This document shows, piece after piece, positions 9,296-18,965 of a stretch of 64,000 nucleotides of DNA. The position numbers were made by a program, and so were the translations under genes. This DNA is from Candidatus Bathyarchaeia archaeon (GTDB taxonomy: Archaea > Thermoproteota > Bathyarchaeia > Bathyarchaeales > Bathycorpusculaceae), in NCBI GenBank assembly GCA_049515895.1, contig JBEKTQ010000005.1:64001-128000 (forward strand), read 5' to 3'. Every line of letters starts with the position of its first letter. Position 1 is the stretch's first letter. The notes beneath the pieces are model-generated. The model worked only from the letters and a program-made list of their open reading frames with translations, made no database searches and was not told the origin of the DNA.

Positions 9296-11083
9296 ATGGT
9301 CAGCGCAAAAGAGGAAATCACTTGGGATCTCACAGAACTTTTTCCCAGTCTCGTGGACCCATCTATTGAAAAATCAATTAATGAATCAAAAGTTTGGGCC
9401 GATAACTTTGAGGAATTATACCGCGGAAAAATAGCATCTCTTAACCCAACCAGTCTATTGAAATGTATCCAAGAACTGGAGGCGTTCGATGTCAAGCTGG
9501 GCGACGTCTCACTTTTTGCAGGCCTGTCTTTTTCGGCTAATATGACATTGCCAGAGTCGCAGGCGCTTTATGACAGGGTTAGTAAGCTTGAGGCTCAGCT
9601 TGGTAAGCAGTTGGCTTTCTTTTCGCTGGAGTTGGGCACATCAGTGAAAGCTAAGCCAGAGTTAATTGCGGAGCCTGTTTTGGCTACGTATCGTCACATG
9701 CTTGAGCGAGTACAGCGTCGCGTCGCTCATCAGCTGAGCGAGGTGGAGGAGCAGCTCATTATCGAGAAGGACCAGTTCGGAGTGCAGGCTTGGGAGGAGT
9801 TGCAGAGCAAATGGCTCAACACCCGCATGTTCGACGTTATGGTCCTTGGAGAGAAGAAGACTCTAAGTTACGGTGAAGCCAACGGATTATTTCCTCATCC
9901 CGATAGAGCAACACGGGAATCCGCGAACCGTGCAATTTACGGTTTGCTTGGCAGAGACGGCGAAATCTTCGCTTCAGCCTTGCGTAGCATTTGCAACGAC
10001 TGGGTCACGGTTTCCAAGCGCAGGAAATACGCCTCACCAATGGATTCGAGCCTTTTGAACAATGATACCGAACAAGTAGTAATTGACAACCTGTTGCATG
10101 CAATAGAGGAAAACGCTCGCACATATCGCTATTACCTCAAACTGAAAGCTAACCTCATGGGACTGCCGCAGCTAGGTAACCATGACATTGTTGCACCCCT
10201 ACCAGATTCGCCTGAACAGAAATTCACCTTTGAAGAAGCCAAAAACCTAGTCATCGAAGCATACAGCCACTTTGACCCCCAATACTCAACCGCAGTAAAA
10301 GAAATGTTTACCCAAAGGCGAATCGACGGAACACCTAGGTTTGGGAAGCGAAACGGCGCTTTCTGTGCAAGCTGGTACAAGGGCAAATCTGCGTTCATGC
10401 TCCAAAGTTTCAACGGTGCCCTCACCGACGTTTACACGCTAGCACATGAACTGGGACACGCCACCCATGACTACTACATGTCGCGAAGCCAAACCCTCAT
10501 GAACACAAGTGTACCTTCGACTGTAGCTGAAACCGCCTCAATTTTCGGCGAGCTCCTGCTAACCGATCTGCTGCTTAATGAAGCAAAATCCGATGAGCAG
10601 CGTAAAGCGGTTCTTTGCTTGGTTCTGGATGAAGCTGGCATGACAGCGTTCCAAGTTACGGCGCGGGTGTGGTTTGAGCAGGCTCTTTACAATTCAATTC
10701 AGAACAGCGAATACCTCGACTACCCAACCATATGCAAACATTGGAGAGAGGCTCGGGACCGCATCTACGGGAACGCCGTCACGTGGTTCCCCGAGATGGA
10801 GGCGGAGTGGACCATGAAACCGCACTATTACATGGCAAACTACCGCTTTTACAACTATCCCTACGTATATGCTCAAATGTTCGTCTACTCTCTGTACGAG
10901 AGGTACCTGGAGGAAGGCAAGGCATTTGTGCCCAAACTTGTGGAGGCGTTGTCGGCGGGCAGCAGTATGTCCTCATTGCAAATCGGCAGAATCGTGGGCC
11001 TTGACGTGTCAGACCCCAGCTTCTGGAGCGGCGGTTTAAGAGTGTTCGAACGCTTCATCGTTGACTTAGAGAAAATCGTCTAA
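9296..11083 (+). CDS. pepF: Oligoendopeptidase F (M3B family)
   Basis: N-terminal WDL, GKRNGAFC, HELGH zinc motif, AETAS, FYNYPY. ATG 9296 preferred over TTG 9209. Confidence 0.93.
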   Translation: MVSAKEEITWDLTELFPSLVDPSIEKSINESKVWADNFEELYRGKIASLNPTSLLKCIQELEAFDVKLGDVSLFAGLSFSANMTLPESQALYDRVSKLEAQLGKQLAFFSLELGTSVKAKPELIAEPVLATYRHMLERVQRRVAHQLSEVEEQLIIEKDQFGVQAWEELQSKWLNTRMFDVMVLGEKKTLSYGEANGLFPHPDRATRESANRAIYGLLGRDGEIFASALRSICNDWVTVSKRRKYASPMDSSLLNNDTEQVVIDNLLHAIEENARTYRYYLKLKANLMGLPQLGNHDIVAPLPDSPEQKFTFEEAKNLVIEAYSHFDPQYSTAVKEMFTQRRIDGTPRFGKRNGAFCASWYKGKSAFMLQSFNGALTDVYTLAHELGHATHDYYMSRSQTLMNTSVPSTVAETASIFGELLLTDLLLNEAKSDEQRKAVLCLVLDEAGMTAFQVTARVWFEQALYNSIQNSEYLDYPTICKHWREARDRIYGNAVTWFPEMEAEWTMKPHYYMANYRFYNYPYVYAQMFVYSLYERYLEEGKAFVPKLVEALSAGSSMSSLQIGRIVGLDVSDPSFWSGGLRVFERFIVDLEKIV

Positions 11084-11136
11084 GCAAGCGGCAAATGATT
11101 AATAAGAAAGAGACGGAACATTTTTAGCTGCATTGT

Positions 11137-11260
11137 GCTGCGGTAACCAAGCCAGGTCAAAGGTGAAGGACTCAAGATCTAACATTTGGCCTATATGGGC
11201 TCCAGATGGGAAATCCTTTCCCGCAGGGGTTCGCAGGTTCGAATCCTGCCCGCAGCACCA
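11137..11260 (+). tRNA. tRNA-Leu(CAA) with a 36-nt intron at 37/38 (11177-11212) and encoded CCA
   Basis: Acceptor stem GCTGCGG/CCGCAGC, anticodon stem AAGGA/TCCTT, anticodon CAA at 11173-11175, long variable arm, GGTTCGAATCC T-arm. BHB motif: CTCA/TGGG central helix, 3-nt bulges, TCT/AGA helix. Confidence 0.96.
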
Positions 11261-11502
11261 ATAAGATCTTGCCATTTCTTTGCTTAGAATTCAAATAAGT
11301 TAGTGAATAATTATACATTGGTGAGACCGGTGCATCTTGAAACCATTAAAGGCAGAAAAAATGCGTTCCTTGATGAAATGCTAGACGAACCAATTATAGT
11401 TGGTGTTAATTAATTCACCTACTTCGATGTATGTGTTTTTGGCTTAGAGAATAAAACAAACTTAATTATTTAATTGTGCAGTCTATTAATGAGGTTTAAC
11501 GT

Positions 11503-11712
11503 TTGGCAGAAACAGTCTCTATTCCATTGCCATTACTGAAAGAACTCTATGAGCATTTTGACCGTATCTAAGAAATTTGAGTCACTCTTGAAGAGCTTTC
11601 TGATAAGCAAGGATTAGAAAGAATCGAAAAAGGATTAGAGGAATGTAAGAAAAAAGAATACATTACTGTGGCAAGTCCTGACAAAATAAGAGACGCTCTC
11701 CTGAAGGACTAA
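11503..11712 (+). pseudogene. Antitoxin pseudogene (RelB-like partner)
   Basis: TTG start: MAETVSIPLPLLKELYEHFDRI*EI*VTLEELSDKQGLERIEKGLEECKKKEYITV... Two internal stops; lies directly upstream of a RelE-like frame. Confidence 0.7.
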
Positions 11713-11716
11713 ATTC

Positions 11717-11970
11717 TTGCCATATAAAATAATCTTCTTGCGCAATTTCACTAAGCAATTCGATAAGCTTCCGAAAACTGGGAAAGAGCAAGTCCTGAAA
11801 GGACTTGAAAAGGCTGCTTCTGACCTTACTCTGGAACAAGGCTGCAAGGAAAGCTAATAGGTTTATGAAGATGGCGCATGGGCAATTACCGAGCAATCTA
11901 TTCAGTGAGTGAGAAAGAAGGCTACTTAGTGTTCGTAGATGTTGGTTTGAGAAAATCTATATATGAATAA
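11717..11970 (+). pseudogene. relE: RelE/ParE-family toxin pseudogene
   Basis: MPYKIIFLRNFTKQFDKLPK...SD, then a 1-nt frameshift, then PYSGTRLQGKLIGL*RWRMGNYRAIYSV...VDVGLRKSIYE. Shows the typical R.G.YR.IY and VG.R..IY motifs. Confidence 0.85.
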
Positions 11971-11972
11971 AT

Positions 11973-12002
11973 GTTCGCAGGTTTGAATTCTGCCCGCAGC
12001 AC
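11973..12002 (+). repeat. Degenerate copy of the tRNA-Leu 3' end (att site)
   Basis: GTTCGCAGGTTTGAATTCTGCCCGCAGCAC vs tRNA GTTCGCAGGTTCGAATCCTGCCCGCAGCAC. Confidence 0.92.
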
Positions 12003-12488
12003 TTTTAGCCATATTCTGAGTTTATTTCACGCATATAAGCTAAAAAATAGGCTTAAGTTTCTTTAGGTAAGAAAGTTTTTCCCCAGATGGAACAGCTTAT
12101 CCCAATAAGTAAATAAGATCTCAAACTGAATTATTAACTGAAAAAATTTCCCTGAAATCCACTAACTTTATTTCTCCCCTCTCCTTTACTTTCCTAATGT
12201 TTCTTATGCCTAAGCTTAGCAAGAGGAAACAGATTCAACGTTTGCGGGAAGCTGTAAAAGAAATAGCACTGATAGTTGAACTTTAAGAAGCTCAACTACC
12301 TCTCTCACTTTATATTATTAAAGGGTTTTAAGCGAGCACGTATTTTGAGGCTGATTAAAAACGAATTTCACCTAGAAAAAGTGCCAAGTTTATGCCGAAA
12401 TACATAGAGTTTGTAGACAGATTTTCACATATGAGACCCCACTTTTTAAAACAGACTTTTCACACAATTTCGACAGGCCAGCGCATAT

Positions 12489-13427
12489 TCACGCGACAAT
12501 TGTCGTACCCGCCCTTCCAGCAAGGGCCTCTTCAGCCTTCTCCAGTGAGCTGATTATCACACGTTTTCCTCCAGACTCCAAGAATCTGACCGCACTCTCG
12601 ATTTTTGGACCCATATTTCCGCTAGGAAACTGTCCTGCCTCGAGGAACTTTCTGCATTCCTGCACGGTCATTCTATCGACGGGACGCTGGTTAGGTTTCT
12701 CGTAGTTGAGAAAAACTTTCTCGACATCAGTCAATATCAGCAACACGTCCGCCTCAACGATCTTCGCCAAGACCGCAGCGCAGAGATCCTTGTCTATTAC
12801 CGCTTCAACGCCTTGGGAATCATTGCCCGAAGTCACAGGAATACCGCCTCCTCCTGCTGCAATTACGATAACCCCAAGGTCCATCAACTCTCGAACAATC
12901 TGCCCCTGAATTATTGACAATGGAATCGGCGAGGGCACCGTTCTTCTATACCCACGTTCGCCCTCATTGATGAGATGCCACCCTTTCTCTTTCTTAAGCC
13001 GAGCCGCCTCACTTGCATTGCAAAATGACCCTATTGGCTTTGTTGGGTTTTTGAAAGCTGGATCGTTCACGTCGATGACCGTCTCCGTCAGTATCGTCGC
13101 GACCTGCAAGTCGAGCCCAATTCTTCTGAGTTCGTTCCGTAATGATTGCTGAATCATGTAGCCAATCATGCCTTGAGACTCGGCGACGCAGACATCGAGG
13201 GGCATGTAGGGAAGCTTGTCTTTGGCCAGTTCGCCTCTCAGAAGTATGTCACCGACTTGCGGACCATTGCCATGAGTGATTATTATCTTGTGCCCATGCC
13301 GTATTATGCACGCCAGGTGTTTGCAGGCTCTACGGACGTTATCGAACTGTTCTTCTGCTGTTCCTTCATTCTCTCGTGCCAAGATGGCGTTTCCTCCCAG
13401 CGCGACAAGTATCCTCAATGGTGCCAC
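12489..13427 (-). CDS. arcC: Carbamate kinase (ArcC/AllK family)
   Basis: VALGGNA, THGNGPQVG, PTKPIG, GGGGIPV, EAVIDKD, GNMGPK motifs. Confidence 0.96.
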   Translation of the reverse strand: MAPLRILVALGGNAILARENEGTAEEQFDNVRRACKHLACIIRHGHKIIITHGNGPQVGDILLRGELAKDKLPYMPLDVCVAESQGMIGYMIQQSLRNELRRIGLDLQVATILTETVIDVNDPAFKNPTKPIGSFCNASEAARLKKEKGWHLINEGERGYRRTVPSPIPLSIIQGQIVRELMDLGVIVIAAGGGGIPVTSGNDSQGVEAVIDKDLCAAVLAKIVEADVLLILTDVEKVFLNYEKPNQRPVDRMTVQECRKFLEAGQFPSGNMGPKIESAVRFLESGGKRVIISSLEKAEEALAGRAGTTIVA

Positions 13428-13429
13428 TG

Positions 13430-13618
13430 TTACAACCCCAATTTCGCAAGTAGCTTCAACATCTCGACGTCTCCTCCCGCTGGAGGCTTCCAGTCAACGT
13501 GAACCACATCTACGCCCTGAGAACGGAGATCATCGGCGAAGGTTGAAATCCCGATGTTTACGACCTTAAGCTTTTCTGTTAGAATGGTCTTATCCTTATT
13601 GCTCTTCTTTTCATCCAT
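13430..13618 (-). CDS. Small FdrA-associated protein (stand-alone module of FdrA/YahG-type proteins)
   Basis: 62 aa from ATG 13618: KVVNIGISTFADDLRSQGVDVVHVDWKPPAGGD. Abuts both fdrA and arcC. Confidence 0.85.
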   Translation of the reverse strand: MDEKKSNKDKTILTEKLKVVNIGISTFADDLRSQGVDVVHVDWKPPAGGDVEMLKLLAKLGL

Positions 13619-13619
13619 A

Positions 13620-15197
13620 CTATTTAGACCTCCCAAAAGTTGCCTCTTCGATCTTTTCCCCGCATGCAATGAGGGCTGAGACCCACGTGGCTTGAGCATT
13701 GCTCGGCATAATTAGAACTCCAGCGTCTAACAGGGCTTTCTCTTGACTCGCGAGTCCCTGAAAGTCGCCTTCTGTGCCGACTACGGAAGCTACAATAGGA
13801 AGATGCCGGCCAGCCTCCTTTGCAAGAGCCTTGGCCTTTTGGATTGCAGGAACAAGCTGCCCTGCAGGATCGTTGTTTGAACCGTATCCCAATTCTACGT
13901 CGATCAGGATGACCGCCGTCTCTGGATCCCTGGCTTCTTGGAGAATCCTCAGATTCCTCAAGCTAAAATCAATCATGGGGTGTGCCCTTCCTTCGACGAA
14001 TTCTTCAGCCCCCATGTCTATACATGTATGTTTCTTGCTGGGGGCGCCGCCAAGTATCTTGTTCTCGGGTTTGATGGGAGCGTTTGAAAATACCTCTCCG
14101 AGCAAAGGCTGAAGAACTATCTCCGACTCATAGCATAAGGTTCCTCCGGAGAAAAGACCACGAACATATTGTTGATCCCTAGCAAGTTTCCTATGATTCT
14201 CCAGAGCGACGGAGATCGCCCCGTTGGAAATAATAGCGGAAGCCACCTCAGACTTCCCTCCAGCGAGTTCGCACGCAACCTTCGCGGCATCATCAAGAGT
14301 ATTCGCGGGCCTAAGCTTGCCGAGCAAGTGTGGACTAAGGTCTACTCCCAAAAAGTTTACCACGACAGGTTTTCTGCTTTGTCTCGCTACTTCAAGAACC
14401 TTTTCCATTGTGCTAGGGGCGGGCGGCTTCGAAATGAGCACTATCACTTTTGTGTGCTCGTCCTCCTCCAGCAACTTGAAACCCTGAATCATAGTGATCC
14501 CCCCAACCTCTTCGGAAAGGTCGCTTCCGCCGGTACCGATGGCCTGAGAAATACCAAGACCAGCTTTGTGAATTAGCGTTAATACCTCTTGAAGACCAGT
14601 CCCCGACGCTGAGACCAAACCAATCGTACCTTCTCGGATCGTATTTCCGAAACCGAGCACCTTATGATTAATTATCGATGTTCCACAATCAGGCCCCATC
14701 ATAAGTAGTCTCTTCTCCTTCGCTACCTTCTTCAGCTCCACTTCCTCTTCCCGCGAAACGTTACTGCTAAAGAGGAAAACATTCAGACCTCTATCCAACG
14801 CCCGCATTGCTTCCCTCTTCGCAAACTGACCCGGGACTGAAATGACCGCTAAATTTGCGTCTGGAACAAGCTCCAACGCTTCTTCCAGTGATGTAGGCGG
14901 TGCCTTTTCGCCAGCTGGTTTTTCGCCTTGAGTAAGCAACCTTTCCGTCTCTGTTAAGGCTGCCTCCAATGAAGAGGCGTCATTGGTCTCGATGGCCACT
15001 ATCATGTCACTAGTGGTCGCCGGAGCATTGGCTGCGTCCGCAAATCCAGCCTCTGAGAGAACTCGGCGGTTAAGCTCCGTCGCCATCACAACCGCAGCCT
15101 GAGTTACGCCCGGCAGTTTCGAAATATCGTTCGAAATTTTCATTAGACTAATGGAGTCCCTATAGGTCGATTTTCTTACAATCAGTCTTGTGTTCAT
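13620..15197 (-). CDS. fdrA: FdrA/AllF family acyl-CoA synthetase-like protein
   Basis: YRDSISLM, MMGPDCGT, SASGTGLQE, GLFSGGTL, HPMID motifs. Confidence 0.93.
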   Translation of the reverse strand: MNTRLIVRKSTYRDSISLMKISNDISKLPGVTQAAVVMATELNRRVLSEAGFADAANAPATTSDMIVAIETNDASSLEAALTETERLLTQGEKPAGEKAPPTSLEEALELVPDANLAVISVPGQFAKREAMRALDRGLNVFLFSSNVSREEEVELKKVAKEKRLLMMGPDCGTSIINHKVLGFGNTIREGTIGLVSASGTGLQEVLTLIHKAGLGISQAIGTGGSDLSEEVGGITMIQGFKLLEEDEHTKVIVLISKPPAPSTMEKVLEVARQSRKPVVVNFLGVDLSPHLLGKLRPANTLDDAAKVACELAGGKSEVASAIISNGAISVALENHRKLARDQQYVRGLFSGGTLCYESEIVLQPLLGEVFSNAPIKPENKILGGAPSKKHTCIDMGAEEFVEGRAHPMIDFSLRNLRILQEARDPETAVILIDVELGYGSNNDPAGQLVPAIQKAKALAKEAGRHLPIVASVVGTEGDFQGLASQEKALLDAGVLIMPSNAQATWVSALIACGEKIEEATFGRSK

Positions 15198-16194
15198 TCG
15201 AATTCCCTCTGACCAAACTCGACTTTTTGCTCAAACAGAGCGTTGTTCCAATAACAATTCCCAAAACTGTGTCTGTGCCCGAAGATTCTCCTATCTCCAG
15301 CATACGTCTAGTCTCACGCTCAACCGATTTACCGCTTTCCGTTAACAATGCAGTGCAAAGCCGCATTGCCTGCTCGTTTCCTCTCCCTAAAGCTGCTTGC
15401 TTAAGGTACTCTTCGCTAAGAAGCGTCGTCCTGCCGTGAGCCTCTTCTGCCACCAGCTTCGCTGCAAGCCGGCTAGCGTGCTGCGCGCATCCGCTGTTCT
15501 TTTCATAAAGTACACAGAGAAGAACTAGACCCGCCAGCATATCGTCAGAAGAAGGGGTAAGTCCGGGACCAAGACCTATGAGTTCGCTGATAGACTCTTT
15601 TAACGGGTTCCTTTTCTCTGAACAGAAGGCTTGTTCAAACCGAACGATGCGACGAAGCGCCGAGGAGGCAAAAATGTTAAGATTTTTGACTGGAGTTTTT
15701 GCTGTTTCCTGAGGTATTATAGCAAGTAACTGCCCCAGGCCCGCCATGTTTCCAAAGAGTAGAGCAGTCTTCCTCATAACTTCTTTGTTCGCTTCAATTT
15801 CATCATTGCTCAGAATCGGTACCGTGAACGTTTGCTTAAATGAATAAATTCGAGCTGAGCCCAACAAGATTAGGATGTGATCGCTGAGTTCCAAAGCAAC
15901 CCCATGTACTTTGACCTTGTCTCCAACGCTTACTCCAAGACCAGACATCCGTGTCTGTCCAACTGGCATTCGCAATATTACGTTTAGAGGACCTTTTTGA
16001 ACAGACCCTGGAACCAAACTAACAAGGGCTCCCGAAAGAAGTATGTTGATTGCCTTATCAAACACTCCATGAACAGTCCCCTCTTCTCCATTCTTGAGAC
16101 GCGCGTAAGCTACGTTTCCGATGGAAGAAGCCTCTAGAATGGAGCAACTGAACTGGGAGGAAAACAAGTTCTGCGAACTTGCACTTTGTTTCAA
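15160..16194 (-). CDS. DUF2877 (YlbF/AllH-like) protein
   Basis: LIGLGPGLTPSSDDMLAG, TTLLS and IGESSGTD motifs. Confidence 0.88.
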   Translation of the reverse strand: MKQSASSQNLFSSQFSCSILEASSIGNVAYARLKNGEEGTVHGVFDKAINILLSGALVSLVPGSVQKGPLNVILRMPVGQTRMSGLGVSVGDKVKVHGVALELSDHILILLGSARIYSFKQTFTVPILSNDEIEANKEVMRKTALLFGNMAGLGQLLAIIPQETAKTPVKNLNIFASSALRRIVRFEQAFCSEKRNPLKESISELIGLGPGLTPSSDDMLAGLVLLCVLYEKNSGCAQHASRLAAKLVAEEAHGRTTLLSEEYLKQAALGRGNEQAMRLCTALLTESGKSVERETRRMLEIGESSGTDTVLGIVIGTTLCLSKKSSLVRGNSNEHKTDCKKIDL

Positions 16195-17747
16195 CTCGCC
16201 GCCACGCCTCCCATCATCAACCCGATTTCCTCCAGCTTTGCAGTGGCAGCTGGCATGATTCCCATGATCTTTCCGCCATAGAAGACCGCTATTCTGTCGC
16301 TCAACGTCATGATTTCATTCAAATCTCCTGAAATCAAAAGGATTCCCACACCGAATCCTCTCCGCTCTTTGAGTTTTTCTTTGATGAACTCTGCTGCTCC
16401 AACGTCCAAGCCGGATGTCGGTTGAGCTGCAATCAGAACCTTGGGGTTTCTAGACAGAACTTTTGCAAGAATCGCTTTTAACATGTTTCCTCCTGATAAA
16501 GTTCTGGCGGAGGCTTCTACGCTGGGGCAGGTAATTGAGTACTCTTTCACCAAGCGCTCGGCATTCAGGTGGACTTGTTCATTGTCTACCATGTATTTCT
16601 TTTCGAATCTCGGATCGTTCCTAATCTCTAGAACGAGATTTTCTGCTATAGACATGTCAAGAAGGAGGCCGGAGCCCATTCTGTCCTCCGGTATGTGACC
16701 GACGCCATGCTCTATCATGTTCCTAGGTGAAGCATTAGTAAGGTCCAACCCTTGCACGAGCACTTTGCCGTTGGTGACCTTTCTCATTCCCGTTAAGATG
16801 TCCGCCAGCTCTGTTTGTCCATTCCCGGACACACCGGCTATTCCAAGAATTTCACCTGCTCTCAACGAGAGTGATATGTCGTTGAGGCCGAGTACTCCTT
16901 TGTCGTTTCGGGCAGAGACATGCTGGATTTCTAAAACTACCTTTTCAGACGGTTCCTCACCAGGCAGTTCCTTCTTGCCCGAAACCTCCTGGCCAACCAT
17001 CTTTTTAGCTAGCTCATTCGGATTCGTATCTTTGGTTAAGAGCCGGGCTACGACCTCGCCATGACGTAGCACTGTAACCCTGTCGCTTACAGCTATCACC
17101 TCGGGAAGTTTGTGTGTAATTATGACAACGGTTCTTCTTTCTGCTGCCATTGAACGCATGAAATTGAACAAACCCTTGACTTCATCGTCGGTCAGGATCG
17201 ATGTCGGCTCATCAAGAATCAGAATATGAGCCTCCCGATAGAGCGCCTTTATTATCTCAACTCTCTGCCTCTCACCAACAGAAAGTTGCTCTGCCTTCGC
17301 GCTCGGATTAACTAAGAGATCATAGTTTTTAGCTAGCTCGTTTATCCTCTTGATAACGGTATCGAGGTCCAGAATAGGCCAAGTTTTAGATTTAAGCCCT
17401 AGCCCCACGTTTTCCGCAACAGTCAGGGTCGGAACAAGTTCGAAGTGTTGGTGCACCATCGCTATTTTAAGGTCGATAGCATCTTTAGGAGACTTGATGC
17501 TAACTCGATTTCCATTTACAAAGATCTCCCCAGAGTCAGGCTTGTAGAGACCGTAGAGGATATTCATCAGGGTCGTCTTGCCAGCTCCATTCTCGCCGAG
17601 AAGCGCGTGAACCTCTCCCTCATAAAGGGAAAGATCTATTGAATTATTGGCAATGACGCTTGGAAACCTCTTTGAGATTCCTTTCATTTCCACAATGGGA
17701 GGATGGATAGATGAAATCGAAACCGCTGTGCTCAAACTTAATGTCAT
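16191..17747 (-). CDS. ABC transporter ATP-binding protein, two ABC domains (nucleoside/CUT2 type)
   Basis: GENGAGKT, LSVGERQRVEI, ILDEPT, GVSGNGQ, LSGGN. Confidence 0.95.
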   Translation of the reverse strand: MTLSLSTAVSISSIHPPIVEMKGISKRFPSVIANNSIDLSLYEGEVHALLGENGAGKTTLMNILYGLYKPDSGEIFVNGNRVSIKSPKDAIDLKIAMVHQHFELVPTLTVAENVGLGLKSKTWPILDLDTVIKRINELAKNYDLLVNPSAKAEQLSVGERQRVEIIKALYREAHILILDEPTSILTDDEVKGLFNFMRSMAAERRTVVIITHKLPEVIAVSDRVTVLRHGEVVARLLTKDTNPNELAKKMVGQEVSGKKELPGEEPSEKVVLEIQHVSARNDKGVLGLNDISLSLRAGEILGIAGVSGNGQTELADILTGMRKVTNGKVLVQGLDLTNASPRNMIEHGVGHIPEDRMGSGLLLDMSIAENLVLEIRNDPRFEKKYMVDNEQVHLNAERLVKEYSITCPSVEASARTLSGGNMLKAILAKVLSRNPKVLIAAQPTSGLDVGAAEFIKEKLKERRGFGVGILLISGDLNEIMTLSDRIAVFYGGKIMGIMPAATAKLEEIGLMMGGVAAS

Positions 17748-17801
17748 CCTTTAATGAAGCTTGAAAAAAAAGGTTAAAAAAATAGATTGGAGGAATACAA
17801 G

Positions 17802-18860
17802 TTATGGGGTGTTCGGTGGGTTCTGAGTATAAGTGAAGGGGACTTGTACTGTGCCATTTTCTATTCCCGTGGCAGTATCTGTCAGCAACGTTTTCACTGA
17901 TGTCGGTATTACACTGTCGTAGGCGTGGAAGGGTGCGAGGGAACCCAAGTTCATGTCGATTACTTTGCCGCCGATTTCGCTCCATGTATTACTCTGGAAG
18001 TGCTGAATCACATCCTGCATAAAGGCAGTCGTGTTCAATAGAACACTGGTCATCATATTGTTCGGTGCTAGTGAGACTTGGTCTTCGACTGTACCAACAA
18101 TCGATATGTTTGCTGCAGTGGCTGCTGAAATCACTCCTCTCCCCGTTGCGTCGGCTATCGGCACGATAATATCAACATGGTCGGACTGGATCATCGTCTG
18201 CGCGTCTGTGTAGCCAATGGTTGGGTCAGACCATGTTCCTGGAACTGTGAGGTAAACTTTCGCCGATGGATTCACGCTGTGCACACCTGCCTGGAACCCA
18301 TAGAACTCGAAGGACAGAGCTGCAAACCATTGGCCAATTATGACTCCGACTGCATTGGTTTTTGTCATCTTCCCTGCAAGGACTCCGGCTAGATAGTAAC
18401 CAGTGGCTTGGTATCCTGCTCCAACTGCAACGACGTTCGACGTGATATTATCGCCGTCATAAGTCGGGCTCATAACGAATTTGGTGTTAGGAAATTGCGC
18501 GGCGATCGGTTCTGTGGCCCCAATAAACTGGTTTCCATCTGTCCAGACCATGTTGTAGCCCTCTTGAGCATAGGTAGTTATTACTCTATTCTGGTCAGAA
18601 AAAGCGACATCCCGCGAGATTGAAACATTCCAACCATAAGTGGATTGGATCCACTGTGCAACGGCGACTCCGTTTGCATTCAAACCTAAGTCTGTTTCAT
18701 CGCCACCTAGGACGAGGGCGAGTTTGTATTTCGATGTTGGGGTGGGTGAAGAGGTTGGATGGACGGCGAATATTACTGCGACAATTGCAACTACAATTAT
18801 GACTATTAACACTATAGCTATAACCATCCTTGAGATAGCCTTCCTATTCTTTATGAACAT
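17802..18860 (-). CDS. BMP-family solute-binding protein with a class III-like signal peptide
   Basis: GYYLAGVLAGKMTKTNAVG, GFQAGVHSVNP, WSDP motifs. N-terminus KNRKA|ISRMVIAIVLIVII. Start is ATG 18860 or GTG 18869. Confidence 0.88.
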   Translation of the reverse strand: MFIKNRKAISRMVIAIVLIVIIVVAIVAVIFAVHPTSSPTPTSKYKLALVLGGDETDLGLNANGVAVAQWIQSTYGWNVSISRDVAFSDQNRVITTYAQEGYNMVWTDGNQFIGATEPIAAQFPNTKFVMSPTYDGDNITSNVVAVGAGYQATGYYLAGVLAGKMTKTNAVGVIIGQWFAALSFEFYGFQAGVHSVNPSAKVYLTVPGTWSDPTIGYTDAQTMIQSDHVDIIVPIADATGRGVISAATAANISIVGTVEDQVSLAPNNMMTSVLLNTTAFMQDVIQHFQSNTWSEIGGKVIDMNLGSLAPFHAYDSVIPTSVKTLLTDTATGIENGTVQVPFTYTQNPPNTP

Positions 18861-18965
18861 AAAATTCACTCAATCAAGTATTCGCTGCTAGTGCTATTTA
18901 TAATTTTTCAGGACGCTTTGTATCCAAGAGTAGAAGACCAAAAAGGTGTTGACTTGATCATCCCA

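Larger units (their letters stand above)
11229..12002. mobile_element. Relic integrated element bounded by direct repeats of the tRNA 3' end
   Basis: 30-bp direct repeat 11229-11258 vs 11973-12002 (2 mismatches) enclosing AT-rich DNA with a broken toxin-antitoxin pair. No integrase. Confidence 0.8.

Noticed and set aside
11973-12002. Second tRNA or split-tRNA half
   Set aside because: Only the T-arm and 3' acceptor strand are present, with T-loop mutations and no BHB-forming flank; an att site fits better.
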